In this document: positions 34,284 through 45,990 of the stretch, one piece after another
Numbering within the stretch: position 1 is the first letter of the stretch
Layout: each line of letters opens with the position of its first letter
Assembly (NCBI GenBank): GCA_048128005.1
Contig: JBEUKZ010000073.1
Location: forward strand, 1-64,000
DNA: 64,000 bases
Source of the DNA: Veleropilina oligotropha
Lineage: Eukaryota
Direction: 5' to 3'
Program-made: the position numbers and the translations under genes
The notes under the pieces: generated by a model
Told to the model about the DNA's origin: nothing
Database searches by the model: none
The model's input: the letters and a program-made list of their open reading frames with translations, nothing else

Positions 34284-34813
34284 AGTGTTTGTTTAGTGTT
34301 TCATCACCCAATGTCCCCGCCCACCTCGAAGCCCAAGGGGGCATTTAAAGGATGCAGAGTTCCAGTACCCAATGCCAGGGATACCCGGGTGATATACCCA
34401 AATAAGAGAATGAATATTAGTGGTGGGAAGTGCGCTTCCCACCATTCATTCCTCACTTGATTGACCCTTCAGCCACCGCCTTCTGGGATATAGATCAAAG
34501 GATGGTATATGATCTGTTATATTAAATGTATTATGGTGTTAATGTAGATTATTTTAAATATTATATATAAAGTATCACAGGGCACGGCGTGAAGAGCCGA
34601 TTGATGAGATGGTCCTATCTGACCTCCCGTCTAATTGAATCCGAGGCCCAAGTAGTGTGTTGCTTCAGCCGAGGCTCAACTACCATGATCCTCTTTTCCA
34701 ACATCACTTATCGCCACCCACGGAAAACAGGTTACACCCATTTGGGGGGATCTTAGCCCTCTGCCGGAAGACAGCAGTCGGAATATTCTAACTCCTAACC
34801 GACAGGGGAACCC

Positions 34814-34843
34814 ACCACGAGGAGGCGCACAACATAGAGCCCC
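34814..34843 (-). ncRNA. HDV-like ribozyme, 5' half (P1a, P2a, P3/L3)
   Basis: GGGGCUCUAUGUUGUGCGCCUCCUCGUGGU; family B sequence ends at or within 1 nt of the predicted G1. Confidence 0.8.
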
Positions 34844-36815
34844 GATAACTGTTTGGATGTAATAAATCATTCCATGCCTTTGCAATTTGGATAATGGTAG
34901 CTTCTCTGCATGAGGGAGGGAAGATTTCAGTTTCCCAGACAGTATTGAATATTGCAAGTAAGGTTGTAAGTGTTGATTCAGGTAAGTGTTTTAATAATTG
35001 ATAATGAATGTCATCAGGACCAACTGTGTCGTGTGCCTTGTTGAGCGAGTCTGGTTGGTTGTATGACTCAGTAATTTTTGATCTGAAATTGAGCTTTGTT
35101 TTTTCTTTTTGATGTTTAAAACGGTTGAATTTTGGAGTGCAGTTGTCGGATGATGAATTGGCAGAAAAGGTATCTGCCAATGTCTTTAGCTGTGGTTGCT
35201 TCTGATGTGTTTGTTTTAAGGTGCTTGATGCAGTTGGGTGTATGTTTGCCACTGATTTTACGGATCATATCCCATGTTATTTTAATAGTGGAACGAGAGT
35301 TTAGTTTGGTAATGTAGGAATGCCAGAATTCCCTTTTGCTTTGCTTGATGGTACGTCTGGCTTTTGCCCTTAATAGTCTAAAGCTATTAAAGTTTTGTAA
35401 TGTAGGGTTGTGTTTAAATGTTGAAATTGCATGTATTCGTGCTTTGATTGCTTGTCTGCAGTCTTCATTAAACAAAGGTTTATTTTTGTGTTTGAGAGTA
35501 TTGCAATGTCATGTAATGTTGTAGAGAAACTTGATATTGGGTCTTCGCCATTAGTAAAGTGGTCTGGTTGTAATTGCTGTTCGGAAAGAGATAGGAATTT
35601 CTGCCAATCCGCTTTGCAGAGTTTCAACCTTTCAATGTGTGTGCTTGGTTAATTGAAGATTTGTTTTCCAAAACGTGATCAGTCACATCTGGAAAATTAA
35701 TGTATGACCACTCTAACTTGTACGTAATCTGTTATACACGTAATAGTAATAATAAATTTTACGAAAACGAACTCAGTCAAAAGGTAAAGAATGGGGAGTC
35801 TTTGAAAATTAATTAATATTATGAGTATTACAGTTACGTACAGCTAAGGGTGATCATATATAAATTTTCCAGATGTGACAGCACGATTTGGAAAAAAAAC
35901 CTTCAACTTTCCAAGTAAAGTCCAGGAAAGCAAATGGGTCGCAAATGGTAAGGTCAATGGTGGTAAGTGAGCCCGTGGGTGGATGCATGATGTCGGCGAT
36001 TTGGTAGTGTTAAATAGACACAAATTGAGTCTCGCAATAAAGTCCTCTATTTGATGTTCCAGTTTATGTGTCAGTACCACCCCAATCAGTACTTTGGGCG
36101 TTAAAATCACCACACAGTACAAATGGGGTCGGTAGCTGATCGATGAGATCATCAAGGTCAGTAGGATGTATGTTTATGGTAGGTGGTAAGAATACCGAGC
36201 AAATAGTTATTACTCGGTAAGTCGATACTTTCACCGCTACTGACTGTAAGTGGTGTTTAAGTTGACCTGGCTATGTGGTGTTTGTTGTAGACGATGATTG
36301 AACCCCCCTGTAGCGTTGTTACCTGTATGACAATGTGATTATATAGTGAGTGATCTTTAATGCGTATGGTGTCTGTGAGTTTCATGTAAGTTTCATTCAG
36401 GGATACCCGGGTGATATACTCAAATAAGTTAATGAATGTCGTGGTGGGAAATGTGTATCCCACCATTCATTACTCACTTGATTGACCCTTCATCCACCGC
36501 CTTCTGGGGTACAGATCAATAGTTGTTAAGTGATCTATAAATAAATATTTTGGTGTACATATATTTTGATGTTACATATGCTATCCCTGGGCACGGTGTG
36601 AGAAGCCGATTGATCAGATAGGGCCTATCTGACCTCCCGTCTAGTTGAATCCGAGGCCAAAGTAGTGTGTTGCTTCAGCTAAGGCCGAAGCTCAACTACC
36701 AGGATCCTCTTCTCCAATATCACGGGTCGCCACCCACGGCAAACAGGTGGCTCCCATTTGGGGGATCTTCCTCTGCAGGGAGAGAGCAGTCGGCATATTC
36801 GAACCGACTGGGGGG
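34844..36815 (-). mobile_element. Rearranged family A LINE copy: 5' UTR joined directly to the ORF2 5' half, with an unrelated insert at ~35660-35900
   Basis: Homologous to 21565-22870 and 34378-34800; ORF1 missing. Confidence 0.85.
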
Positions 36816-36999
36816 GGGCTGATGCTAGGAAACTGGTGGATACCAGAACTCCTTCGGGTAGAGCAAAGGAGCAGAAGCCGAACACTCGATCCTCTTCCAC
36901 ACAAACGGATATCACCTGGCCATTTGGCGAAGCATTTTTCAGTACTTTGCCATCACGAAATAAATTAGCATCACCATCAACACAAACATCAAAACCTGT

Positions 37000-37890
37000 A
37001 TTGAATTGATGTTTAACGACCTCATCGACAATTTTTCAGTCATATTCGGGTCACTTTAATTTAATGTAAGACTAAAATAAAAAAAATCCAGTAATATACA
37101 AGTATATATATAGATAATAACAGTAAAATGTGAATGTAAATTTTGATAAAGACAAAGCAATAAAAACAAAATTTAAAAGCAATGATCAAATGGTTGATAA
37201 AATACAAGTAAAATGATAAAAACAAGATATAAAAATTAGTTATAAAGCCGATTTGTGAGATAAAAAATAGTTTAAAGCTTGTAAAATAAATTTCTCTTTT
37301 AAAAATAGTAATAACGCTTTAAGCTTAGTAAGATTAAATAACTCATGGAGTGAATTTGCCCTAAAGTATTTTGGGCGTGTGAGATCCAAATCAACACGAT
37401 TCAAAGTTTAATTGTTAGGGCAGTTGTACAAAGAATACACCCATGTGGAGGCTCCCCTTTAAGCAAATAGGAGCGAGTGTAGTGAGAAAACCCAGTCCTG
37501 TCTGGCCAAGACGACCCCCTCTTGCAGAGTTGGGCCTGCAATAGGGGCCCCAATCGTCAAGAAGAGGTTGGACATTCTGCCGTTTATTCCTTGTGCACAT
37601 TCACCCCAAGAGTGCTGTCAAGTAGAGTTTATATATTTATTTATGCTTTGCTTAAAATCAGAGTATAGTAGGGTAAATTACAATTTAGTATATTGTTAAA
37701 ATGTAAAGCTGACTTTGCAGGTTGATCAGCTTTCTCATTTCCCTGGATACCGATATGGCTCGGTATCCAGTATAAAATAATGTCATTGTAGGTAAAAGGT
37801 TATTATATTTAGTTAAAATAGCTTGTACAATGACATTTCTATTCATCGCCCCCATTGCTTGTAGGCCAGAGAGGGAGTCTGAATAGACGG
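37000..37890 (-). mobile_element. Family A LINE 3' fragment
   Basis: Homologous to 19165-20060. Confidence 0.88.
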
Positions 37891-38769
37891 CAAATCAATT
37901 TATAAAAACGACTGTGAGCTTTATATTGATGTATCCTGTGATACCCGTACTGGCCATATATTGGCATTGATAATTATTCATAATCGCTAATAATTAGCTA
38001 ACAATGCTTCGTTATACCATCATTGTAAGTATATTTCGTTTTCAAATGACATTATCTGTCAACTTACATTGTAAAATACCAACCCTACGTATCCCTCTTT
38101 GTTGATACCGCAGATCCGCTAAATATAGTAACAAAACATATAGGCCTAATACGGGATCAATAGCAATTTTCGGCTGATAATTCCCTGTTATGCCATCATT
38201 ATAGGTATATTTCGTTTTCAAATGACATTATCTGTTGAATTTCATCTTCATTAACCTACCGTACTACGAGTTTATTCACTTATTCCGAACAAAGGGTTTC
38301 ACGTCGGCGAAAAAATTTCAGTTGGGTATACTAGTCATTCAGCATAAAAGTCTGTTCGCCCCATGTATGACTCGCCATTGTATCTAGCAATGGTGAAAAT
38401 GAAAAAAATTCTTTGAATAAACACTGAACAAGATAGTACAAATGCTGGATGGGTTGATATTTAAAGCTGCGAATAAACAACTAACATACAGGAGGTGAAC
38501 AGAATACGGCATGTACATAACCAGATATGGACACGCCCATTGTTCAGGCACTGTCAAGCGGGTATCACGGTAATACAGGTGAACTCAGGGTATTCCTACA
38601 GATGTGTATCCTTCAAAATGTAGGATATATATCCCTGGTGAAAATAACACATACACACAGGTAATACACAGATAGGTATCCCAGGTGATATATGGGTGCC
38701 AATAGAACATACTATCATACCATTTATCATACTAGCCTTAGAACATACTAGGGTTAGCCATCATACTAG

Positions 38770-39031
38770 AGGGCCGCTTGGGCAGCGCAGTGGGTAAGAG
38801 TGTCCACTCAAAATTCACTGGCTTGATTCCGCTAATGCGAACAGTAGTGGGTTCAATACCTGCTGAGGCATTGACATTTGTTCAAGTTATGAATCACAGT
38901 TGTCCGCGACTGGCTGAAGAGGGCGGGTTTACCCGGGCAACCGGGGTTTCCTCCCGCGATAACACAGACATGTCCTGCCTTGAACCTCGATGTTGTAAAT
39001 ATACAGGACATTAAGCATCATTCCTCCCTCC
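38770..39031 (+). mobile_element. tRNA-derived SINE with V-like core domain
   Basis: A box (GGCAGCGCAGTGG), B box (GGTTCAATACC), core GGGTTTACCCGGGCAACCGGGGTTTCCTCCC, TSD GCCA(T/C)CATACTAG at 38757-38769 and 39032-39044. Confidence 0.8.
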
Positions 39032-39339
39032 GCCACCATACTAGTTAACATACCAACTAGCATACTAGGGTTAGCATACCCTCTAGCATACTAGGTTTAG
39101 GGTTAGCATACTAGAGCTACCCTCTATCATACCAGGCTTAGGGTTCGAACTATCATACTAGCGTTAGAACTATCATACCATCATACTAGCGTTAGAACTA
39201 GCATACTAGGGTTAGACCATGAAAACCTGGGGTTATACCTCCCCCACAGGGGTGGGGTCACCCCTGGGGGTACGGCAGCCACACCATAAAAACCCCGACC
39301 CCTGGGGACACGCCAAAAACATGGGGTTAGGGTTTACTA

Positions 39340-39513
39340 TTCGCCACCTACGGCAAACAGGTGGCTCCCATTTGTGGGGATCGTACCCCTCTGCAGGGAG
39401 AGGGCAGTCGACAAATTATAACCCCATACCGACAGGGGTACTCCCATTTGGGGGATCTTACCCCTCTGCAGGGAGTGGGCAGTCGGCATATACTAACCCC
39501 ATACCGACGGGTA
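39340..39513 (-). repeat. Isolated family A 5' end with two tandem 76-nt structured monomers
   Basis: Units start at 39365 and 39441. Confidence 0.85.
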
Positions 39514-39779
39514 AATGTAAATGAAATTATCATATTATTGTTACTACACAGTTTAACTGGTACCATGTTTACATCTGGGGTAAATTAATAATTCATTCCA
39601 TATAGTCCCTGTGGATTATCCAGAAAGCTGGCCAACCTAGAATTATTCCATTGGGGTATATAAATGAAAAAATGACACCATCCTTTTACAGTAGACGGTG
39701 TCCACCTATCTCCCTTGGCCGCCAGGGTATAAGCCACTGTAGCGATGGCCTGACTTAATTAATATAATTTGGATAAGCA

Positions 39780-40065
39780 ACATCGGATTCCCACCAAGTT
39801 TAGGCTATTTCTGCTGTTCTCTGTCCTAATATATGGGTGCGAGTCATGGACACTGCTGGCACAGACGTGAAGAAGACATTTGAAATTAAATCCCCGAGGA
39901 AGATGCTTTGCATCACCTAGTTGCGGGCCAAAGACGAACGACTTGGGGCCGCCAGGAACCTATCCTTGTCACCAAAAGACAGAAGCGAAGTTGGTTCGGC
40001 CATGTCACAACCCGACAGGCTCTGCAAGACTATCATTCAAGACACCGTCGAGGGAGGACGGGTTT
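39780..40065 (+). pseudogene. RTE-clade LINE 3' fragment
   Basis: VLIYGCESWTL, WFGHV, LCKTIIQDTVEGGR. Confidence 0.8.
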
Positions 40066-40651
40066 TCGTCAATTTGACATTTAAGATGACTAGAACTCGA
40101 CGAAATTATTCAATGCACGAAGAGATCGAACGATATGACATATCATTCCCATAATCTGTAAACCTAACCAAATGGTAAATTTCTTATCACTTTTGATAAG
40201 CAACACCAGGCGAGCTTCGTTGTCCTTATTATGGCATCACTTTTAATATTCTTATTATGAATATTGATCGTGTACCATGGGAAGATTTTCCATAATCGTG
40301 TCTTTGTAGGTCTAAAGGACCGAGATATTAATCAAGAAAATTTTGCTTGTATAGACGTCAGAATGACGCCTCTATGAATATCAGTTCGAGCAAAAAAGTG
40401 TTTGGTTTGAAACTATTTTGAATTTTAAGGTGACTATATCCTCCAAATACCCAATATTCCTAAATAGTATTTTAATCTTGTTTATTGAGAATGAGGCTGC
40501 TGGGATAGCGTCACCACGTGGTTTTCTGTATAAATACTGTGTCTGTAACGAGCTCTATGCAGCTCAACTTTACTCGAAACCTTATTGTGCCGATTGATTT
40601 CTCAAAACACCTTATTTTAACGAAGGATCCTACTGGATTTTACTGAGAATT

Positions 40652-41122
40652 ATGCCAAGAGGGTTCGCGAGTGGACGCGATAGAACCTATCGACCAACAC
40701 GAAGAGAGCTCGGAAATATAGCTCTCTGGTGGCATATCCAGATGTCGAGAATCGAGGCTCCGGACAACCTGGTCGAGACCCCGGAAGAACCTACGATCGT
40801 CATGGATTATGTGCTGAAAAACATCACATCGCAGAATATTCAGCCACGCGACCACTTCAAATTGGATTTTCTCTTGAAATTGCACGTGTATTCGGACGGC
40901 TTTACACGACAAGACCAGAGTATTCTACCCCGCTGGCTACAACACTTTGCTGTGGTAACTACTGCACAGTGGAAAACAGCAGTGCGTACATCTGCCCATG
41001 ATCAACTGTCTATCTGCGGAGTGAAGTACCATGAGGCAGTCCGTAGAGCCCACATGGCGTGGGATGAGAAGCTTAAAACCATAGACCTTAGGGTCTATAG
41101 ATCAATCCCTGAAACATTTTAG
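40652..41122 (+). CDS. Orphan 156-aa ORF between ~85-bp direct repeats
   Basis: ATG-started, balanced composition, TATA box upstream inside the repeat; no recognised motif. Confidence 0.35.
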   Translation: MPRGFASGRDRTYRPTRRELGNIALWWHIQMSRIEAPDNLVETPEEPTIVMDYVLKNITSQNIQPRDHFKLDFLLKLHVYSDGFTRQDQSILPRWLQHFAVVTTAQWKTAVRTSAHDQLSICGVKYHEAVRRAHMAWDEKLKTIDLRVYRSIPETF

Positions 41123-41982
41123 ACGCCACGCCTGAAAGAATAGGCATCATGCACGAGATTTGATGTGGTCCATTCCACTTGTATTTCCTCTGCCCATTTT
41201 TGGGGCGGAAATGTTTGCTGTGTTGTAACTCGTGTATATTGCTAGACGATATGGTTACGACAATGTTCACATTACACTTTCCTATGTCAGTACGTTAGCT
41301 AACCCAGCAGACCGTCCGTCCAAGCTGGCAGGCGACACCAGCCTCATTGAGGTTGGATGCGCGCGCATCCACGAGGCTGCTGGAAAAGCGTCACCACCTG
41401 ATTTTTTGTATAAATACTCTGTCTATATCGAGCTTTGCGCAGCTCAACTTTACTTGTGGTAGTAAAGGATAAAACCTTATTAGGCTCTCGAGGATCAAGA
41501 TATTTACTTAAAAGTTGCCCAAGGATGAAAAAATCAAACCACCTTGGAACGTCATCAATAACATCAGCATCTGACTACTGGACTATTAGATCTTTGGATG
41601 GTGCACGCATTTGATGGCCATTTTGAAAGTTAAGATGACAGCCTCTATCAAATCATTCAGTTGATCTCACCATGTTCACTGAGCCTGAAAACATGGGTCT
41701 CCACGCCAGAATGATGCCTCTATGAACATCACAGTTCGATACATGAACAATAACGTGTTTGATTAGCAATCATTTTGGCGGCCACTTTGCATTTTAAGGC
41801 GACTACCTCCTCCAAAACACCCAATATTACTCAATAGTATCCTAATCTTGTTTTTTGAGTATGAAAACAACGTGTGTAGACACCAGAATCTTGTCCAAAT
41901 GGCTTTCGAGGATCATGATGCCCAATGGTGAGATATCCACACCCACTGGAACATATTACATACATGCCATAGATGGATAATC

Positions 41983-42661
41983 AACAAGAAGACAGTCATC
42001 GATATCCCCCCAATGATTACTGCTAACTGTGAAGACAATTAGGAGGAGTGCAACGTCGAAATTATCAAAAGGCCAACGACTTTACACACGCAGCAAGTTT
42101 CGTAAAGTTATGTCGAGCAGTGTATGAGATACGCTGCGGAAAAGTGAATAACAAAGAATATAAGACAAGGGCAGTAACTCTGTTAATGATCGTTGCACGT
42201 CGAAATTAGCACAACGTACCAGTTCCGCTAGTACTTAATCCATTCAACAAGTTTCGTGTAATTTTCACGGATGGATATGCTCCGGAAAAGATTACATAAA
42301 CGAATTTTCAACAAGGGCAATAACTCTGAATAATCGCAGTGCAACGTCGAAACTAGCAAAAGGCACCAGTTCACCATCTACTTAAAATACCCAGCAAGTT
42401 TTGTACAGTTATGTAGATTGGTGTATGAGATACGCTCTGGAAAATATAATAACAATGAATTTAAGACAAGGGGAGTAACTCTGTTACCGGTAATACAAAG
42501 TCGAAATTAGCAAAAGTCAACAGTTCACGTGCTACTTAATCCATTCACCAAGTTTCATGAATTACGGATTACGAGATATGCTCTGAAAAAGATCATTTGC
42601 ATGGACGGACGGAACTCGTTTCTATATCCCCTGACAACTTCGTTGTTGCTTGGGATAACAA
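41983..42661 (-). mobile_element. Helentron-associated non-autonomous element (second family)
   Basis: Minus-strand 5' TTATCCC...GGGGATA palindrome, (GTCC)n, internal subrepeats, 3' GGGGGGATATC then TTCTTGTT. Confidence 0.7.
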
Positions 42662-45600
42662 TATAAAAATTTATACTGGGATTTGACGCCCGACTGCCAG
42701 ACTAAAACATGCAAGAGGCCAAATTGACAATATCCCTTCTGTAGGATAAATAAACCACAACTCCAGCGGCATATCCGATTAAAGCAAAAGGCTATTGACG
42801 AAGTAACAAACAATATGAAATTGTCGGAAACATGTATAGAAAACGAAAAATGTAATAAATTCAAGAAACATGAATTTTTGTTCATAATCACACCAAGCTA
42901 CGAGTCCGAGCATCCCACTAAGCAGGTCCTCAATTGCTGTTCACAATGTAAGGGGCTTTACTTCAGGAAATGTTACTACAAGCACAAAGTGATTTGTATT
43001 CAGGACGAGGCTACTGGAACTCCACTGTCCGCATACAGTGTGATATCCATCCTGGCGCTTCAAGAAAATGTTGACGTCAAATTTGCCAACAAGATTTCTT
43101 GCAAGTTCATCGGAGATTACATTGGCCAGATATGTCGAAATTACAAATATATTGAAAAGATTGGGAAACGACTATTTAAAAAAAACCTTAGGAACGTAGA
43201 CAAGGAGATGGAAACCAGGAAAGCCGTCATGAATGACATGCGACTTTTAGCGCGCTTATGTTTCTGTCTTTTAAAGGTGTAGCAACTGAAACCAAAGATG
43301 CTAGGAGATGAACGTTCACAAGGAAGAATTTAAATGCATATCGACCATGCCAATGAAGTCATACCTCGCGAAGATGGCAAGCTGAAACATGGCATGAAGA
43401 TGTTCATCTTCTATCTGATGAAGAGCTTAGCAAAGATTATTGTAGGCACTAATTTAACCGAAAATGAAGATGACAAGGCGTCAGAGGTCGAGAAATTCAC
43501 AATTCTCGACCTTAGTCAAATTATCTTATTCGGATATGCCGTATACAGGCCTTGCCGTTTGAAAATTCCAGACGAGCTATAAATCACTCCTTGGAATTTC
43601 TAAGGAGTGATTTCTGAAGAGTTGAGAGTGATATTGTAATCATGATATAAATACAGCTAAAACGGTTCCAGCATTTAAATTATCATGTGTGTGAATATGG
43701 GAGTGTGTAGTAAATTGTTCAATTAATGTTTGTCGAAGTTATTATTACATAATTAAACAAAAGTTTACATATTTTTAATTTTATTTACATGTTAGTTAAT
43801 TTATGAATGGTCATTTTGATATGAAGAACCCATAAAATTAAAAGCATTTTTAAATAGTTTTTTTCACAATGTTCAGTAGTAGTAGTTATGGAGAGTCATT
43901 GGAGACACCCATAATATATACCTTCCAAGCAATCATTAGGTACGGTATTAAAACATACGGTCCGACGTCCGTATGTGTTAATACCGTACCTAATGATTGC
44001 TTGGAAGGCTTGGCATCCCTTTCAAATCCAGAGGTGAGGATTTCTCAGCAAAATCATTGTTTTTGCAAACACGGAAATGTCTGCAGACCATGTTAATGTT
44101 TGCAAATGCATTCGGATGTGCGTTCCTGCTGGTGTGGAGAGGGTAGATATGGTGACTGCCAGCAATCAGCGTCATCATACCAGTATACCCTATGCTGCGA
44201 ATTGGAAGATGTGCCTGACGAAATTAGCAAAAGTCAACAGTTCACGTGCTACTTAATCCATTCACCAAGTTTCATGAATTACGGATTACGAGATATGCTC
44301 TGAAAAAGATCATTTGCATGGACGGACGGAACTCGTTTCTATATCCCCTGACAACTTCGTTGTTGCTTGGGATAACAATATAAAAATTTATACTGGGATT
44401 TGACGCCCGACTGCCAGACTAAAACATGCAAGAGGCCAAATTGACAATATCCCTTCTGTAGGATAAATAAACCACAACTCCAGCGGCATATCCGATTAAA
44501 GCAAAAGGCTATTGACGAAGTAACAAACAATATGAAATTGTCGGAAACATGTATAGAAAACGAAAAATGTAATAAATTCAAGAAACATGAATTTTTGTTC
44601 ATAATCACACCAAGCTACGAGTCCGAGCATCCCACTAAGCAGGTCCTCAATTGCTGTTCACAATGTAAGGGGCTTTACTTCAGGAAATGTTACTACAAGC
44701 ACAAAGTGATTTGTATTCAGGACGAGGCTACTGGAACTCCACTGTCCGCATACAGTGTGATATCCATCCTTGCGCTACAAGAAAATGTTGACGTCAAATT
44801 TGCCAACAAGATTTCTTGCAAGTTCATCGGAGATTACATTGGCCAGATATGTCGAAATTACAAATATATTGAAAAGATTGGGAAACGACTATTTAAAAAA
44901 AACCTTAGGAACGTAGACAAGGAGATGGAAACCAGGAAAGCCGTCATGAATGACATGCGACTTTTAGCGCGCTTATGTTTCTGTCTTTTAAAGGTGTAGC
45001 AACTGAAACCAAAGATGCTAGGAGATGAACGTTCACAAGGAAGAATTTAAATGCATATCGACCATGCCAATGAAGTCATACCTCGCGAAGATGGCAAGCT
45101 GAAACATGGCATGAAGATGTTCATCTTCTATCTGATGAAGAGCTCAGCAAAGATTATTGTAGGCACTAATTTAACCGAAAATGAAGATGACAAGGCGTCA
45201 GAGGTCGAGAAATTCACAATTCTCGACCTTAGTCAAATTATCTTATTCGGATATGCCGTATACAGGCCTTGCCGTTTGAAAATTCCAGACGAGCTATAAA
45301 TCACTCCTTGGAATTTCTAAGGAGTGATTTCTGAAGAGTTGAGAGTGATATTGTAATCATGATATAAATACAGCTAAAACGGTTCCAGCATTTAAATTAT
45401 GATGTGTGTGAATATGGGAGTGTGTAGTAAATTGTTCAATTAATGTTTGTTGAAGTTATTATTACATAATTAAACAAAAGTTTACATATTTTTAATTTTA
45501 TTTACATGTTAGTTAATTTATGAATGGTCATTTTGATATGAAGAACCCATAAAATTAAAAGCATTTTTAAATAGTTTTTTTCACAATGTTCAGTAGTAGT

Positions 45601-45935
45601 AGTTATGGAGAGTCATTGGAGACACCCATAATATATACCTTCCAAGCAATCATTAGGTACGGTATTAACACATACGGTCCGACGTCCGTATGTGTTAATA
45701 CCGTACCTAATGATTGCTTGGAAGGCTTGGCATCCCTTTCAAATCCAGAGGTGAGGATTTCTCAGCAAAATCATTGTTTTTGCAAACACGGAAATGTCTG
45801 CAGACCATGTTAATGTTTGCAAATGCATTCGGATGTGCGTTCCTGCTGGTGTGGAGAGGGTAGATATGGTGACTGCCAGCAATCAGCGTCATCATACCAG
45901 TATACCGTATGCTGTAAATTGGAAGATGTGCCTGA
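42502..45935. repeat. Head-to-tail tandem duplication, unit 1717 bp
   Basis: Identical ORFs offset by 1717 (42815/44532); CGAA microhomology at the junctions. Confidence 0.97.
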
Positions 45936-45990
45936 CGAAGATCGGCAGTTTTTCTATAAACATATGTAACACACCAGGGAGGTTAACATG
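42700..45990 (+). pseudogene. Crypton-like tyrosine recombinase remnant (two copies via the duplication)
   Basis: N-terminal CSQCKGLY...HKVIC, MNDMRLLARL; C-terminal RHHTS..YA..EDVPDEDRQFFYKHM*H, like the YR HxxR / MGH region. Confidence 0.55.

Larger units (their letters stand above)
19162..34810 (-). mobile_element. Full-length degenerate I-group (Nimb-like) LINE, family A, interrupted by a Gypsy element
   Basis: TSD ACCACGAGGA at 19152-19161 and 34814-34823; (TCAAA)n tail; CCHC gag-like ORF1; ORF2 with APE, RT and RNase H. Confidence 0.9.

Noticed and set aside
34733..34810. Calling the 76-nt family A motif an HDV or pistol ribozyme
   Set aside because: Pseudoknot order is superficially similar, but the HDV P3/L3/P1.1 core and the pistol conserved core are missing; left as an unclassified candidate.
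38770..38860. Possible tRNA gene
   Set aside because: A and B boxes are present but there is no clean cloverleaf; it continues into a SINE core and has a TSD.
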